Shown one piece after another: positions 36,061 through 49,400 of a stretch of DNA of 64,000 nt. The notes under the pieces were generated by a model, which worked only from the letters and a program-made list of their open reading frames with translations, was not told the DNA's origin and ran no database searches. Position 1 is the stretch's first letter, and each line of letters begins with the position of its first letter. A program made the position numbers and the translations under genes. Origin of the DNA: Pristiophorus japonicus (Eukaryota); contig NC_092001.1 of the NCBI RefSeq assembly GCF_044704955.1, positions 19,778,001-19,842,000 of the forward strand. The letters are read 5' to 3'.

Positions 36061-39000
36061 GGGTCTGGTTCAGACTGGGACAGCGGGTGATTAGGGAGGG
36101 TCTGGTTCAGACTGTGACGGGGGCTGATTAGAGATGGTCTGGTTCAGACTGTGGCAGGGGACTGATTAGCAAGTTTCGGGTTCTGAAAACGACAGGGGCT
36201 GATTCGGGAGTTTCTGATTCAGACAGGGACGGGAGTGATTAGGGTGTTTCTGATTCCGACTTGAACAGGGACTGATTTGCGAGTTTCCGGTTCAGTCTGA
36301 GACAAGGACTGATTAGATAAAGGTCTCGTTTAGTCTGGGAAAGGGACGAATAAGGGAGATTCTGTTTCAGACTGGTACAGGGACTGATTAGGAAGGGTCA
36401 GGTTCAGTCTGGGAAATGGAACGCTGAAGGAGTTTCTGGTTCAGACTGGGACAGGGAAAAATAGTGAGGCTCTGGTTCAGACAGGGCTAGGGATTGATTG
36501 GGGAGTTTCTGGTTCAGACTGGGACCGGGGCTTATTAAGGAGTTCATGGTTCTGTCTTGGACAGAGAATGATTAGGGAGGGTCTGTTTCAGACTGTGAAA
36601 GTGTCTGATTAGGGAGTTTCTGGTTCAGACTGGGGCAGATACTGATTAGGGAGGGTCTGGTTCAGTCTGGGACAGGGACTGATTAGAAAGTTTCTCATTC
36701 AGTCTGGGAGAGGAACAGATTAGGGAGGGTCTGGTTCAGACTGAGACGGGGAAAGATTAGGGAGCGTCTGGTTCAGACATGGAAAGGCAGTGATTAGGCA
36801 GTTTCTGGTTCATTCGGGGATAGGTACAGATTAGGGCGTTTCTGATTCAGCCTGGGACAGGTAATGATTATGCAGTTTCTGGTTCAGACTGAGATAGTGT
36901 TTGATTAGGCAGGGTCTGGTTCACTCGGGAAAGGGACTGATTAGGGAGTTTCAGGATCAGTTTGGGACAGAGATTGATTAGGGAGTTTCTGGTTCAGTTT
37001 GGGACAGGGACAGATTATGGAGTTTCTGGTTCAGTCGAGAACATGGATTGATTAGGGGTTTTCTGGTTCAATCTGTGTCAGGAACGTATTCGGGAGTTCC
37101 TGATTCAGTCTGGGACAGGGACTGATTAGGGTGTTTCTGCTTGAGACAGGTACAGATATTGATTATGGTGTTTCGGGTTCAGTCTGGGACAGGGACTAAT
37201 TCGGGAGTTTCTGGTTCAGACTCAAACAGGAACTGATTAGGAATCGTCTGGTTCAGACTCAGACAGGAACTCATTAGGAAAGGTCTGGTTCAGACTGGGG
37301 CAGGGCTGATTCGTGAGTTTATGGTTTAGCTTGGGACAGGGTCTGATTAAGGATTTTCTGGCTCAGTCTGGGACAGGGACTGATTAGGGATCTTCTGGTT
37401 CAGTATGTGATAGGAACTGATAAGGGAGGGTCGACTTCAGATTGAGACACGGAATGATTATGGAGTTTTTTTTTCAGTCTAGGAAAGGACTGATTAGGAA
37501 TGTTTTGCTTCACTCTGGGACAGTGATTGAGTAGGGGGTTTTGAGTTCAGACAGCGACAGTTGCTGATTAAGTAGTTTCTGTTTCAGTGTGTGAGAGGAA
37601 CTGATTCGGGAATTTCTGGTTCAGTCTGTGACAGGAACTGATTAGGGAATTTCTTGTTCCGTCTGGGACATGGACTGAATTGGGAATTTCTGGTTCAGTC
37701 TGTGACAGGAACTGATTCGGAATTTCCTGATTCAGTCTGGGACAGGGACCGATTAGGGTGTTTCTGCTTCAGAGAGGGACAGATACTGATTCGGGTGTTT
37801 CGGGTTCAGTCTGGAACAGGGACTGATTCCGGAGTTTCTGGGTCACACTGCGACAGGAACGGATTAGGGAGTTTCTGGTACAGTCTGGGACAGGGACTGA
37901 TTGTGATCTTTCTGTTTCAGACTGGAAGAGGTAATGGTTGGGGAGTTTCTGTTTCAGACTGGGGCAGGTACGAATTAGAGCGTTTCTGCATCAGACTCGG
38001 AAAGCGACTGATGTGTGAGTTTCGGGTTCAGACTGTGACTACGACTGATTAGGGAGTTTCTGGTTCAGAATTGGAGAGGTACTGATTAAGGTTTTCTTGG
38101 CTCAGACGAGGACAGGGACCGATTCGGGAGGTTCTGGTTCAGGCTGGGACAGGAAGCGATGAGGTAGTTACTGGTTCAGTCTGGGACAAGAGCTGATTAG
38201 TGAGTCTCCGGTTCAGACTGGGATGGAGACTCATTAGTGAGGGTCCGGTTCAATTTGGGGCATGGAAACATAGAAACATAGATTCATATAAAATAGTTGC
38301 AGGTGTAGGCCATTCGGTCCTTCGAGCCTGCACCACCATTAAATAAGATCATGGCTGATCATTCACCTCAGTATCCCTTTCCTGCTTTCTCTCCATATCC
38401 CTTGATCCCCTTATATATAAGGGCAATATGTAAGTCACTCTTGAATATATCCAATGAACTGACATCAACAACTCTGTGCGGCAGGGAATTCCACAGGTTC
38501 ACCACTCTCTGAGTGAAGAAGTTTCGTCTCATCTCGGTCCTAAATGGCCTACCACTTATACTAAGACTGTGTCCCCTGATTATGGGCTTCCCCAACATCG
38601 GCAACACTCTACCCGCATGTAACCTATCCTGTAACCGTCAGAATCGTAAATGTTTCTATGAGATTGGGACAGGGTCTGATTAGGGAGGTTCTCGTTCAGT
38701 CTGGGACAGGGGCTGATTTGGGAGTATCATTTTCAGACTTGGAAAGGGAATGATTAAGGAATCTCTGGTTCTGACTGGGACAGGTGCTGATTCGGGAGGG
38801 TCTGGTTCACTCTGGGATGGGGACTAATTATGGAGTTTTTGGTTCATTCTAGGAGATGTACTGAATAGGGAGTATCTGGTTCAGTCAAGGATAGGGACTG
38901 ATTCGGGATTTTTTGGTTCAGTCTGGGATAAGGACTGATTATGCAGTTTCGAGTTCAGACTGCGACATGGTCTTATTAGGGAGGGTCTGGTTCACTCTGG

Positions 39001-40810
39001 GATAGGGACTAATTGTGGAGCTTCTGGTTCAGACTCGGATATTTAATGAATAGGGAATATCTGGTTCAGTCTGGGATAGTGACTGATTCGGGAGTTTCTG
39101 GTTCAGACTGGAAGAGGGACTGATTAGGACGTTTCTTGTTCAGATTGGAAAAGTGACTGTTTCGCGAGTTTCTGGTTCAGATTGTTTAGAGGGATTGATT
39201 AAGGTCTTCCTGGCTTTGTCTAGGACAGGGACCGATTATGGAGTTTCAGGTTCAGACTGGGACAGGGACTGATTCGGATGTTTCTGGTTCAGACTGGGAC
39301 CGGGACTGATTCGGGAGTTTCTGGTTCCGATTGGGAAAGACACTGATTATGGCTTTTCTAGTTCAGATTGGGACAGGGACTGATTGGGAGTTTACAGTTT
39401 CAGAATGGGATAGGGAGTGATTAGTGATTTTCTGGTTCAGACTGGAAGAGGGACTGATTCGGGCCTTTTTGGTTTAGAATGGGAAAGGGACTGGTTAGGG
39501 TGTTTCTGGTTCAGATTGCAAGAGGGATTGATAAGGGCGTTCCTGGCTAAGACTAGGACAGGGACCGATTAGCGCGATTCTGGTTCAGACTGGGACAGGG
39601 ACTGATTAGGGAATTTCTGGTTCAGACTGGGACAGGGACTTATTAGGGAGTTACTGGTTCAGACTGGGACAGCGACTGATTAGGGAGTTTCTGGTTCAGA
39701 ATGGGCGAGGGACTGATTTGGGAGTTTCTGTTTCAGTCTTGGAGAGGATAGATTAGGAATGTTCTGGTTCAGACTGGAACAGGTACTGATTAGGGATCTT
39801 TTGGTTCAGAATGGGATAGGGTCTGATTAGTGAGTTACTGGTTCAGACTGGGAGTGCGACTTATTAGGAAATTTCTGGTTGAGACTTGGAATGCGACAGA
39901 TTAGGGAGTTTCTGGTTCAAACTGAGACAGGGACTGATTAGCGAGTTTCTGGTTTAGACTGGGACAGGGTCTGATTAGGGAGTTCCTGGTGCAGTCTGTG
40001 GTAGGAACTGATTCGGGAGTTTCTTGTTCAAATTGGGAGAGTGACTGAGTCGGGAGTTTCTGCTTCAGCCTGGTTTAGACCTGGACGGTGGCTGGGGCAG
40101 TAGGTTTGGTTCAGTCCAAATCTGTCTGGTACAGGGGCTGGCGGGGACGGGTCTGGGTCATTCTGGTTCAGACTGGACAGTGAAATGTGAGGGAGGTCTG
40201 GGTCAGTCTTATTCTGCATTGGTCAGTGGACTGTGAGGATGTGTCTCGTTCAGTCTATTTGAGGATGGTACAGGGGCTGGTGATTGAGGGTTTGCCTCAG
40301 TGTGGTTCAGACTGCGACAGGAGAGGGTGAGGGATGGTTTGGGTCAGTCCTTTTCAGACTGGGACAGATGATGGTGATGGAAGTTTAGTTCCGTCTGGTG
40401 CATACTGTGACAGTGCCTGGTTAGGGGGTCTATTTCACTCTGTTGGAGACTGTGACTGTAGATGGTGAGAGCATCTGGTTCAGTCTGATTCAGTCTGGTA
40501 CATGCGCTCGTGAGGCAGTGTCTGTTTCAGTCTGCTACGGAATGGGACAGGGGCTAGTGGGGAAAATGTTGCTTCAGCATTGTACAGGGACGAGTGAGCG
40601 GATCTGGTTCCGTCTGCTTTACCCTGAAACAGAGACTGGTGAGAGTATCTGAATTAATCTGCGACAGAACTGGTGAAGGCGGGTCTGTGTCAATCTGGTT
40701 CAGACTGGGACAGGGGATGGTGAGTGAAGGTGTGGTTCAGTCTGCACAGGGACTGGTGAGGGAAGGTCGGACAGGAGACCGTGATTGAGGTTCTGGTTGA
40801 GTCTCGTTCA
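36061..40810. repeat. 37-bp tandem minisatellite (roughly 95-100 units) grading into a ~47-bp variant after ~40080
   Basis: Consensus TCTGGTTCAGACTGGGACAGGGACTGATTAGGGAGTT. Confidence 0.95.
38265..38663 (-). mobile_element. CR1 3' fragment inserted in the 37-bp array
   Basis: IRGHSLSISGRPFRTEMRRNFFTQRVVNLWNSLP; aaacatagaaacatag tail. Confidence 0.9.
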
Positions 40811-41799
40811 GTGGCCGATGAGAGTTTTCAATTGTATGAGTTGTGGTGTTCATCGAAGATGACCAGTGATTAATTCAGCCCCTTGCCCGAGTCAGCTTCT
40901 TCAAGGGAGTACAGCATATGTGGAGAAGTGATAAAGCTGCTAACCTGTGGGATCTGGGATGGGGGAGAGAATTCTTCTCAAGTTTCGTGACCCAATCGCC
41001 CAGGTCTGTTAGCCAATGCTTTGGATTCTGGGAGAGAATAGAGCAAACAATCCCTTGGGGAGACAATGTTCCCACTGTCCCAGGTCGATTGCCCAAACCT
41101 GTGGCGTCTGCGTTGGGAGCGAGTGTAATTTTCTGTCGGGTACGTGTGATTCCCGTGGTGTCTGTGGCTTCACAGATCGCAGCCGGGAATGGCAGGATTC
41201 GGTCCGGAACCGATTCTGGATTCATGGCAAGAAGGTGTGGAGCAGATTCCCTTCGAGCTGGAATTCCTCTTACACTGACTTCCCAGGGTGGGGGCAGTGT
41301 GCGCATCGCCGCAAGTGTGCAGCCTTTTCAATTTATGATGCCGAGCTACCTCGGGGAGGTGGCCGTGTGTGATGTCCCTGTGTAAGATTAAATTGGAAGT
41401 CACTTTGGATTGTCTGATCAATGTACTGAAGGTGAAACTACATTATTTATTATTTTCAACAGTTTGCAAATTTTCTGTGTGAATCGACCTTGAACGAAGC
41501 GAGATGCGCGATAAACTAAGAACTTTCTGAGCTCCCCGGTGTTATTTCCCAGTGATAATACGTGTGTTTCCCAGTGATAATGTGTGATTCAAACACCATA
41601 GTCACTGGTGACAGAGCCAGATCCTTGCGTCAGCAGAAACTCCAAAGCCATGTGTTAGTCATTGCAGATGCAAGTTTTTCAAATAAAGTCTTTGGTTCAT
41701 TTTACACTTGCAATGCCTCATCCTGAAAAATACTCTCCAGAGCCAGTGTTCTAACAGGTGGATGCAGATTGTGATCTCCATGTGAGGTACAGTTTCTTC

Positions 41800-43255
41800 A
41801 GGTCATGTCCCTGAGCAGCCACATGGATTGGGAAAGTGTGTGATGTCCCTGTGGGGTTCATTACGTTCAGAATCTGACCCTGAGCTGCCCCATGGAGGGA
41901 GCAGTGTGTGATGTCCCTGTGGGGTGCAGTTTGTTCAGACTCTGACCCTGAGCTGCCCCAGGGAGGGGGCAGTGTTTGATGTCCCTGTTGGTGCAGTGTC
42001 TGACCCTGAGCTGCTCCAGGGAGGCGGCAGTGTGTGATGTCCCTGTGGGGTGCAGGGTCTGGACCTGAGCTGCTCCAGAGAGGCGGGAGTGTAAGATGTC
42101 TCTGTGGGGTGCGGTGTCTCACCCTGAGCTGCCCCAGGGCGTGGGCAGCCTGTGATGTCCCTTAAGGGTGCGGTGTCTGACCCTGAGCTGCCCCAGGGAA
42201 AGGGCAGTGTGTGATGTCCCTGCAGGGTGCGGTGTCTGATCCTGAGCTGCCCCAGGGAGTGGGCAGTGTGTGATGTTCCTGTAAGGTGCGGTGTCTGACC
42301 CTGAGCTGCCCCAGGGAGGGGGCAGTGTGAGATGTCCCCGTGGGTTGCAGTGTCTGACCTGAGCTCCACCAGGGAGGGGGCAGTGTGTGATGTCCATGTA
42401 GGGTGTAGTGTGTTCAGTGTCTGACCCTGAGCTGTCCCAGGGAGGGGGCAGTCTGTGATGTCCCTGTGGTTTGAAGTGCCTGACCTGAGCTGCCCCAGGG
42501 AGGGGGCAGTGTGTGATGTCCCTGTGTGTTGCAGTATCTGACCTGAGCTGCCCCAGGGAGGGGGCAGTGAGTGATGTCCCTGTGGTGTGCAGTGTCTGAC
42601 CCTCAGCTGCCCTAGGGAAAGGGAGTTGCGTGATGTCCCTGTGGGGTGCAGTGTCTGATCCTGAGCTGCCCCTGGGAGCGGGCAGTGTGTGACGTCAATA
42701 TGTGGTCGGGGGCGGGGGGAGCACTTTGAGGAGTGAGTGACTGTGAGCTGCCCCAGGGAGGGGGCAGTGTGTGATGTCCCTGTTTGGTGCAGTGTCTGAA
42801 CCTCAGCTGTGCCAACGAGGGAGCAGTGTGTGATGTCTCTGTGGTGGGTTGGCATTTTTTCCAGCGAGTGACCCATGAACCGGCCGTGTCTAATGTCTCT
42901 GTGGAGAGCAGTATGTTCCAATTATGACCCTGAGCTGCCCCAGGGAGGGGACAATGTGTGATGTCCCTGTGGAGTGCAGTGTGTTGAGTGTCTGACCCTG
43001 AGCTGCCCCAGGGAGTGGATAATGTGTGATGTCCCTGTGGAGTGCAGTGTGTTCAGTGCCTGACCCTGAGCTGCCCCAGGGAGGGGGAAATGTGTGATGT
43101 CCCTGTGGAGTGCAGTGTGTTCAGTGCCTGACCCTGAGCTACCCCAAGGTTGGGGCAGTGTGTGATGTGCTGCGGGTTGGTGGGCCGGGTGGAACTTTGA
43201 GCAGTGAGTGACTGTGAGCTGCCCGGACGAGGGGGCAGTGTGTGATGTGCCTGCG
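41800..43255. repeat. 59/69-bp GC-rich minisatellite, array 1
   Basis: CTGACCCTGAGCTGCCCCAGGGAGGGGGCAGTGTGTGATGTCCCTGTGGGGTGCAGTGT(GTTCAGTGT). Confidence 0.95.
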
Positions 43256-43318
43256 GAAGATGAGATTGGAACTCTCTTTTGGACTGTCTGCTCAAAAGAC
43301 TGAAGCTGACACCACACT

Positions 43319-44425
43319 GCGAATAATTCAGATTTTATTTAAGGATAAGCGAGAATTAATAACGGAGTTGAGCAGAAGTTATCGAATTAAAAATGAGAAT
43401 TATATTGCTCGTGATGGTGATTTGGGAAGGAGGAAGGATTATTCCTCGTTCCTGCAACTGGTATACCTTCTGCCCCTCTCTGGATCGGTGCCTTTCCTGA
43501 CACGACCACGATGAGAATAATCCAAATTCACGAAGATACACCCCAGGAACGGAGCCACCGAAAAATCTGTCCAAGGGTGTATCTCCTGGTGTGGGTTATT
43601 AAAAATATAACACTCACACGAAATGTCATTTATCGAGAAAAGTGTTGTTTATTAAAACCAGATTAATCAACGGAGATCCAGCCTCATTAGTACCGTTACT
43701 GACTGCTCTCAACGCCGATCTCATGGGACAAGCTACGCAGTTACATTCTTATACAGTTCAAATACAGTCAAAATGGTGGAACTACGCGGGGAAGTGTTCC
43801 ATTGGTTAATACAGGTTCCAGCAATTTCATTAATGTTATTGGATGCAGTAAATTCTAATGATTCCATTGGTACATTCAGTTCTGGCGACTGTTGCTGGGG
43901 AAAAGCCTCTGCAGGTTTTGTGTTACTTTTCTGCGAAGGTCTTTCCAGGCTAATTCTCAGGCTAATGTTCTTGGCAGACTATGGCTACCCTCTGCTTAAA
44001 AGAGGCATTGTCCCTGTTATCTCCTGTGGCTGGAACATCGTGGCCTCATCTCATTATATTTGTGAGGTGTCGACATAAATCTTATGGGTGCACTAATATC
44101 CTGAGAAAATTTCTCTGACTGCAGTGTTTCTGCCTAATACAGCTGTTCTACCATGAACGCACTTTAAATTTTGCTCTCAGACTTTCTTACTTTATTTAAA
44201 TTACACCTAATTACTTTACCCCTAATTCAGGTATTTCGCTCTTACACTCATATAGATTCACATCTTCCCACTCTGGAGCCTGGGACCCTCTGTCTCCAGG
44301 CATTGGTTTTGACAGATCTTATCTTCAACCTCAGTACAAGCTTTTTCTGTTATGTTTTTCAGCTTCCATGCTGACGACGCAACACAGGATTTTGATAGTA
44401 ATGAGTCCTAACGAAGTGTATTACA
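43319..44425 (-). mobile_element. ERV-like 5' LTR (43568-44425) with PBS and leader fragment
   Basis: Minus strand TGTAAT...GGACA, with CCAAT (~43803), TATAAG (~43750) and AATAAA (~43650) in order. PBS-like CGGTGGCTCCGTTCCTGGGG follows, bracketed by the inverted repeat GATACACCC/GGGTGTATC. Confidence 0.6.
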
Positions 44426-44799
44426 ATTTCATTTGTAAAAACGATTTATCATTTATTATTTTCAACAGTTTGCAAATGTTCTTTCTGATTCTACGCTCAG
44501 AGAAGCGAGATAAGCGATAATCTAAGACAGATCTGAGCTCCTCGGTGCTATTTCCCAGTGATAATAAGTTTGTTTCCGAGTGATAATGTGTGATGTAACA
44601 CCATTGTAACTGGTGACAGAGCCAGAACCTTACGTCAGCAGAAAATCCAAAGCAGTGTCTTTGTCTTTGCAGAAGCAAGCTTTTCAATGCACGTCTTTGG
44701 TTCATTTTACACTTACAATACCTAATCCCTCAAAATATTCTCCGAAGCCTGTATTCTTACTGGTGCATGCATGTTGTGATCACCCTGTGAGGTGCAGTT

Positions 44800-46075
44800 T
44801 GTTGAGGTCATGTTCCTGAGCTGCCCCAGGGAGCGGCCAATGTATGATGACCCTGTGGGGTGCAGTTTCTGATTCTGAGCTGCCCCAAGGAGGGTGCAGT
44901 GTGTGATGTCCCTGTGGTGTGCAGTGAGTTCAGTGTCTGGCCCTGAGCTGCCCCAGAGAGTGGCAGTGTGTGATGTCCCTGTGGGGTGCAGTAAGGCGTG
45001 AGTCTGAACCTAGGCTGCCCCAGGGATGGGGAAGTGCGTGATATCACTGCGGGGTGCAGATTCTGACCTGAGATGCCCCAGGGAGGGGCGGTGTTTGATG
45101 TCCTTTTGGGGTGCAGTGTCTGACCCTGAGCTGCCCCAAGGAGCGGGCAAAGTGTGATGATGATGTGGGGTGCAGAATGCTCAGTGTCTGACCCTGAGCT
45201 GCCCCAGGGAGGGGGCAGTGAGAAATGTCCCGGTGGGATGCAGTAAGTGGTGAATCTGACGCTGAGCTGCCCCACGGAGGGGCAGTATGTGATGTCCCTG
45301 TGGGTGCAGTATGTTCAGTGTTTGACCCAGAGCTGCCCCAGGGAGGGTGCAGTGTGTGATGTCCCTGTGGGTGCAGTATGTTCAGTGTCTGACCGAGAGC
45401 TGCCCCAGGGAGGGTGCTGTGTGTGCTGTCCATGTTCGGTGCAGAATGTCACTGTCTGACCCAGAGCTGCCCCAGGGAGGGTGCAGTGTGTGATGACCCT
45501 GTGGGATGCAGTAAGTGGTGAGTCTGACCCAGAGCTGCCCCAGGGAGTGTGCAGTGTGTGATGACCCTGTGGGTGCAGTATGTACAGTGTCTGACCCAGA
45601 GCTGCGCCAGGGAGGGTGCAGTGTGTGATGACGCTGTGGGTGCAGTATGTACAGTCTCTGACCCAGAGCTGCCCCAGGGAGGGGGCAGTGTGTGATGTCC
45701 CTGTGGGATGCAGTAGGTGGTGAGTCTGACCCAGAGCTGCCCCAGGGAAGGTGCAGTGTGTGATGTCCCTGTGGGTGCAGTATGTACAGTGTCTGACCCA
45801 GAACTGCCCAGGGAGGGTGCAATGTGTGATGACCCTGTGGGTGCAGTATGTACAGTGTCTGACCCAGAGCTGCCCCAGGGAGGGTGCAGTGTGTGATGTC
45901 CCTGTGGGTGCAGTATGTACAGTGTCTGACCCAGAACTGCCCCAGGGATGGTGCAGTGTGTGATGTCCCTTTGGGTGCAGTATGTTCAGTTTCTGACCCA
46001 GAACTGCCCCAGGGAGGGTGCAGTGTGTGATGTCCCTGTGGGGAGCTGTATGCTCAGAATCTGATCCTGAGCTCT
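44800..46075. repeat. 59/69-bp GC-rich minisatellite, array 2
   Basis: Same unit; distal units homogenised to cccagagctg...gggtgcagtatgtacagtgt. Confidence 0.95.
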
Positions 46076-46499
46076 CCTCACACATACTTTTCTCGGAGAC
46101 ATTTCCGCGTTTCTCAGTTGGAATTAAATTGTGGGACATCCCCATCTGCTGGACGCAGGTGGCACTACTGAACAGATCGTGATGGCTCAGATCATTCACA
46201 GAGCAATCTAATTGCAACGTCCGGCCAGAAGAATTAATCTTATCTTCGGTTGTATTGACGACATACTTATTAATTTACAGTATTGGAAGTAAGCCGTTAA
46301 AATGCCCATCACTCTATACTTTATTTGAAAAATATATCCAGAATATTAACCACAGCTCAGGTAAAGTTTAGACCTTGATGTGATTAAAACTAGCACTAAC
46401 ATCCGAAGTGAACAGGGAGAATCTTTTGTGAACTGCTCGGTGTGTGTATTTCAGCAAATAACTCTAATAAGTACCTCCCTTCCCACACTGGGAGCAGGT

Positions 46500-49400
46500 G
46501 AACATAGACAGAGAGAAACAGAGAAAATAGGAGCAGGAGTAGGACAATCTGCACTTCGGGAGTGCACCGTCATTCAATAAGATCATGGCTTGAACATTCG
46601 CTCAATACACCTTTCGTGCTTTCTCTCCATATCCCTTGTTCCCTTTAGCCGTAAGGGCCATATCGAACTCCCTCTTCAATATATCCAATGAAGTGGCATC
46701 AACAACTCTCTGCGGCAAGGAATTCCATAGGTTAAGAACTCTCTGAGTGAAGAAGTTTCTCCTCATCTCAGTCCTAAATGGCAAACCTCATGTCGTAAGA
46801 CAAAGTCCCTGGTACTGGACTTCCCTAACATCGGGAACATTCTTCCCACATCTAACCTCTCCAGTTGCCTCAGAATCCTACACGTTTCTGTGAGATCCCC
46901 TCTCATCCTTCTAAACTCCAGTGAATCAAGGCGCAGTTGATCCAGTCTCTCCTCACATGACAGTCCTGCCATCCCGGGAATCAGTCTGGTGAACCTTCGC
47001 TGCACTCCCTCAATAGCAAGAACGTCCTTCCTCAGATTAGGAGAACAAACTGAACACAATACCCCAAGTAAGCCTCACCAATGCCCTGTACAACTGCAGT
47101 AAGACCTCCCTGTTCCTATCCACAAATCCCCGTGCTATAAAGGCCAAACTGCAATTTTCCTTCTTCACTGCCTGCTGCTACCTGCATGTCAACTTTCAAT
47201 GACTGATGATACCAAGGTCTCGTTGCATCTCCCCTTTTCTTAATCTGCCGCCATTCAGATAATATTCTGTGTTTCGTATTTTTGCCACCAATTGCACATT
47301 ATACTGCATCTGCCATGCATTTGTCCACTCACCTTACCTGCCCAAGTCACCCTGCAGCCCTTTAACGTCCTCCTCACAGCTCACACCGCCATCCAGTTTA
47401 GGGTCATCAGCAAACTTGGAGATATTACACTTAATTCCTTCATCTAAATCGTTAATGTATATTATAAAGAGCTGGGCTCACAGCACTGTGCACTGCTGCA
47501 CTCCACTAGTCACTGCCTGCCATTCTGAAAAGGAACATTTATCACGACTCTCTGCTTCCTGTCTGCCAAACAGTTCTCTATCCACGTCAGTACACTACCG
47601 CCAATAACATGCGCTTTGATATTGCAGACCAATCTCTCGTGCAGGACCTTGTCAAAAGCCTTTTGAAAGTCAAATACGCCACAAACAACTGGTTCTCCCT
47701 TGTCCACTCTGCGAGTTGCATCCCCCAAAAATGCCATACAATTCGACAAGCATGATTTCCCTTTCATAAATCCATGCTGACTTGATCCCATCTTGTCGCT
47801 GATTTCCAAATGCACTGCTATTCATTCTTAACGATTGATTCCAACATTTTCCCCACGACTGATGTCAGTCTAACTCGTCCATAACTATCAGTTTTCTCTC
47901 TCCCTTCTTTTTTAAAAAGTGGTGTTACGTTAGCTACCCTCTAGTCCATAGGAACTGATCGAGAATCGAGAGACGGTTGCTAAATGATCACCAATGCATC
48001 CACTATTTCGAGGGCCACTTTCTTAAGTACTCTGGTTGCAGACTGTCAGGCTCCCGGTTTTTATCGGCCTTCAATCCCATCAATTTCCCGATAATAATGT
48101 CCTGCCTAATAAGGATATCCTTCAGTTCCTCCTCACTGGACCCATTGTCCGCTAGTACATTCGGAAGGTTATTGTTGCATTCCTTCATGAAGACAGAACC
48201 GAAGTATTTGTTCAATTCATCTGCCATTTCTTCGTTCCCCATTATAAATTCACCTGAATCCGATTGCACGCGATCTACATTTGCCTTCACTAATCTTTTT
48301 CTCTTCACATTTCTTTAGAAGCTTTTGCAATCAGTTTTTATGTACCTGCAAGCTTCCTCTCGTAATCTATGTTCCCCCTCTCAATTAAATCATTAGTCCT
48401 CTTCTGTTGAATTCTAACCTTCTCCCAGCCCTCAGGGTTGTTGCTTTTTCTGGCTAATTTATATGCCTCTTCCTTGGCTTTAACACTATCCTTAATTTCC
48501 CTTGATAGCCATGGTTGAGCCACCTTCCCCGTTTTATTTTTACTCTAGACAGAGATGTACAATTGCTGAAGTTCATCCATGTGATCTTTAAATGTTTGCC
48601 ATTGTTTAACCAGCATCAACCCTTTAAGTATCCTTTGCAAGTCTATTCTAGAAATTAACGCCTCATACCGTCGAAGTTACCTTTCCTTAAGTTCAGCACC
48701 CTAGTTTCCGAATTAATTGTGTCACTCTCCATCTTAATAATGAAATCTACCATATTATGGTCATTCATACCCAAGGGGCCTCGCACAAAAATAGCCCCCT
48801 CTCATTACACATCACATTATGATGGCCAGCTCTCCAGTTGGTTTCCAGACATATTGGTCTAGAAACCATCCTTAATACACTCCAGGTTTTTATCCCCCAC
48901 CACATTGCTACCAGTGTGGTTAGCCCAATCAATATGTAGATTAAAGTCGTCCATGATAACTGATGTACATTTATTACATACACCTCTTATTTCTTGTTTG
49001 ATGCTGTCCCCAACATCACGACTCCTGATTGATGGTCTCTACACAAGTCCCACTAACGTGTTCTGCCCTTTGGAATTCCAGAGCTCCACCCATACCTATT
49101 CCACATCATCCAGGCTAATGTCCCTCCTTACTATAGCATTAATTTCCTCTTTAATCAGCAACGCCACTCCGCCTCCTTTTCTTCTCTCCAATCCTTCTAA
49201 ATGTTGAATACCTCTGGCTGTTGCGTTCCCAGCCTTGGTAAACCTGGAGCCATGTCTCTGTGATGCATAATACATCATATCCATTCTCTGCTGTCTGAAC
49301 AGTTAATTCGTCCACCTTATTCCGAATAATCCTCGCATTGCGGCACAGAGCTTTCAGGCTTGTCTTTTTAACACACTTTGCCTCTTCAGAATATTTCTGT

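Noticed and set aside
36061-40080. CRISPR-like array (37-bp period)
   Set aside because: Head-to-tail degenerate units without unique spacers, no cas genes, and a vertebrate context
41751-46217. 300+ aa ORFs with TGTSHTAPSLGQL / QGHHTLPPPWGSSG repeats
   Set aside because: Translations of minisatellite units in rotating frames; unit lengths are not consistently multiples of 3
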